Shown here: positions 26,736-28,272 of the stretch, in pieces
Numbering within the stretch: position 1 is the stretch's first letter
Layout of the letters: each line of letters starts with the position of its first letter
NCBI GenBank assembly: GCA_040901985.1
Contig: JBBDYC010000003.1
Coordinates: 1 to 28,272, forward strand
DNA: 28,272 nt
Reading direction: 5' to 3'
Source: Gemmatimonadaceae bacterium
Lineage (GTDB): Bacteria; Gemmatimonadota; Gemmatimonadetes; Gemmatimonadales; Gemmatimonadaceae
Made by a program: the position numbers and the translations under genes
The notes under the pieces: generated by a model
Database searches by the model: none
Told to the model about the DNA's origin: nothing
The model's input: the letters and a program-made list of their open reading frames with translations, nothing else

Positions 26736-26764
26736 TTGTCACGCCCGCCACCTGCCGCGATCTT
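26736..26764 (+). promoter_or_regulatory. Putative sigma70 promoter, leaderless, for the final gene
   Basis: TTGTCA-17 bp-GATCTT, 6 nt before ATG 26771. Confidence 0.5.
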
Positions 26765-26770
26765 GCGACC

Positions 26771-28272
26771 ATGCTCCTGAGTCCCCTGCGTGCGGCGACC
26801 GCCGCGTTCGGTGTGATGGGCCTTCTCGTCCTCGCGCTGGGCGCCGCGCCGGCCGCCGCGCAGGAGGGCTGGAACGACGAGCGGACAATGGAACTCGTGC
26901 GGGAGGCCACCCGGCGCCGCGCGCGGCAGCTCGCCGACACCGGACTGCGCGACTACACGGCGCGCGCGACCGGCTACGTCACGTTCCTTGCCCAGCTCGG
27001 CGTCGGATTCCCGCACCCGCCCGCGCTCATCAAGTCCGACCAGCTCGCGGTCGAAGTCTATTGGGCCGTGCCCGACCAGAGCAAGCAACGCATCGTCGGC
27101 CGACGCGATACGCTGCTCTTTCCGACCGACCAGGCGTATCACCGCGACCATCTCGGGATCATCCAGAACGACTTCCCCGAGACGATTCGCCTCGGCGACG
27201 GCGACGAGGTGCTCGACGTTCCGCATCCGCTGTCGGCGCTCGGGCACGCCACCTACGACTACCGGATTGCCGACTCGCTCGCCATCCGCGCTGGCGCCCT
27301 GGCGATTGACGTGATGATGGTCCGGGTGCGCCCAAAGGACGACCGCGCGCCCGCGGCCGTCGGTGCCGTGTACCTCGACCGTGGCAGCGCGAGCGTCGTC
27401 CGGATGACCTTCTCATTCACCCGCGCGGCGCTCCGCGACCGCCAGCTCGAGGACGTCTCGGTGATCCTCGAGAACGGGCTGGTGGACGGCCGGTTCTGGC
27501 TGCCGCGCCGCCAGGAAATCGAGATCCGGCGCTCGGCGAGCTGGATGGAGTTTCCGGTGCGTGGTATCATCCGCGGCCGCTGGGAGATCTGCTGCATCCG
27601 CACCAACCAGTCGCTCCCGCCGCAGCTCTTCGTGGGGCCCGAGATCGTCGAGGTGCCGCCCGCCGAACAGCGGCGCTACCCGTTCGAGGGGGCGCTTCTC
27701 GATTCGCTCCCAGAGGAGGTGCGCGCGCTCGACGCGGCGGAGGTGCGCGCCGTCCAGGAGGAGGCGCGTGCGCTCGTGCGAGCCGGCGCGCTGGCCCGGG
27801 CGCGCACCTCGAGTCTCGCCGCGCGCGGACTCTCCGACATCGTCCGCAGCGACCGCGTGGAGGGCCTCGCCGTCGGCGCCGGACTCTCCCAGCGCCTCGG
27901 CTGGGGGCTCTCGGTGGGAGTGATTGGCCGCTATGGCACCGCCGACGAGGTGTTCAAGGGCGCGGGGCGCGTGACCTGGAATGACGCGCGGGGGCGCGAG
28001 CTCACCCTCTCGCTCCTCGACGATTTTCACCAGGTCGGCGAGACGTCCGAGGGCAGCGGGATCCGCAACTCCATCGCCGCGCAGGAGTTCGGCTCCGACT
28101 GGACCAACCCGATCGGCGTCCGCGGCTTCGGGGCGCGCTACCAACGCTCGTATCCGGGCGGCGGGCGGCTCCACGTCGAGTACCTGCGCCGCCGCGAGCG
28201 GCCGCTCGTGGTGCACGCCGTGCCGGCCAGCGGGCGCGTTGCGCCCGCGGTACCCCCCCCCGCCGCCCCCCC
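26771..28272 (+). CDS. Secreted/outer-membrane hypothetical protein, runs off window (missing from ORF track)
   Basis: Own translation: MLLSPLRAATAAFGVMGLLVLALGAAPAAA|QEGWNDERTMELVREATRRRARQLADTGLRDY...FWLPRRQEIEIRR...; signal peptide; later part has beta-strand-like alternation; no stop seen in the window. Confidence 0.8.
   Translation, partial: MLLSPLRAATAAFGVMGLLVLALGAAPAAAQEGWNDERTMELVREATRRRARQLADTGLRDYTARATGYVTFLAQLGVGFPHPPALIKSDQLAVEVYWAVPDQSKQRIVGRRDTLLFPTDQAYHRDHLGIIQNDFPETIRLGDGDEVLDVPHPLSALGHATYDYRIADSLAIRAGALAIDVMMVRVRPKDDRAPAAVGAVYLDRGSASVVRMTFSFTRAALRDRQLEDVSVILENGLVDGRFWLPRRQEIEIRRSASWMEFPVRGIIRGRWEICCIRTNQSLPPQLFVGPEIVEVPPAEQRRYPFEGALLDSLPEEVRALDAAEVRAVQEEARALVRAGALARARTSSLAARGLSDIVRSDRVEGLAVGAGLSQRLGWGLSVGVIGRYGTADEVFKGAGRVTWNDARGRELTLSLLDDFHQVGETSEGSGIRNSIAAQEFGSDWTNPIGVRGFGARYQRSYPGGGRLHVEYLRRRERPLVVHAVPASGRVAPAVPPPAAP

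Noticed and set aside
26645..27247. 200-aa N-terminal extension of TrpE in the ORF track
   Set aside because: Overlaps the divergent plus-strand gene; TrpE similarity begins near GTG 26644.
28253..28272. C-rich tract at the window end as a phase-variable repeat
   Set aside because: It lies at the extreme edge and could be Pro codons or a contig-end artefact; it cannot be evaluated here.

Overview
GC-rich bacterial chromosome segment; gene content and style suggest Gemmatimonadota (inference). Positions 1-3.3 kb hold a complete 'reverse' (co-oriented) integron. On the minus strand it reads intI -> Pc-like promoter -> attI -> three gene cassettes (HigBA toxin-antitoxin, a HEPN-motif protein, an unknown protein). 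Two well-formed attC sites separate the cassettes, and an IS30-family remnant interrupts the array at the left edge. intI lies directly downstream of an apparent chromosomal operon (truncated AMP-binding-like protein + cupin). A housekeeping stretch follows: glmM, glmS, SulP, a beta-propeller M28 peptidase, dtd and maf. At 13.3-20.6 kb is a clade II nitrous oxide reductase cluster (nosZ-nosB-nosL-nosD-nosF-nosY-cytochrome c). It is divergent from an NsrR-type regulator and a 4-TM heme-copper-oxidase/NnrS-like protein, with a clear NsrR-type operator between them. The right part is a minus-strand run of trpE, an FHA-GAF adenylate cyclase, a Kdo-kinase-like gene and two GT9 heptosyltransferases. 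It ends with a divergent secreted/outer-membrane protein that runs off the window and is absent from the ORF track. The main candidates for novelty are the reverse integron with its attC-like attI region and HEPN cassette, and apparent NO-sensor (NsrR) control of a minimal, possibly lipoprotein-anchored clade II nos system.
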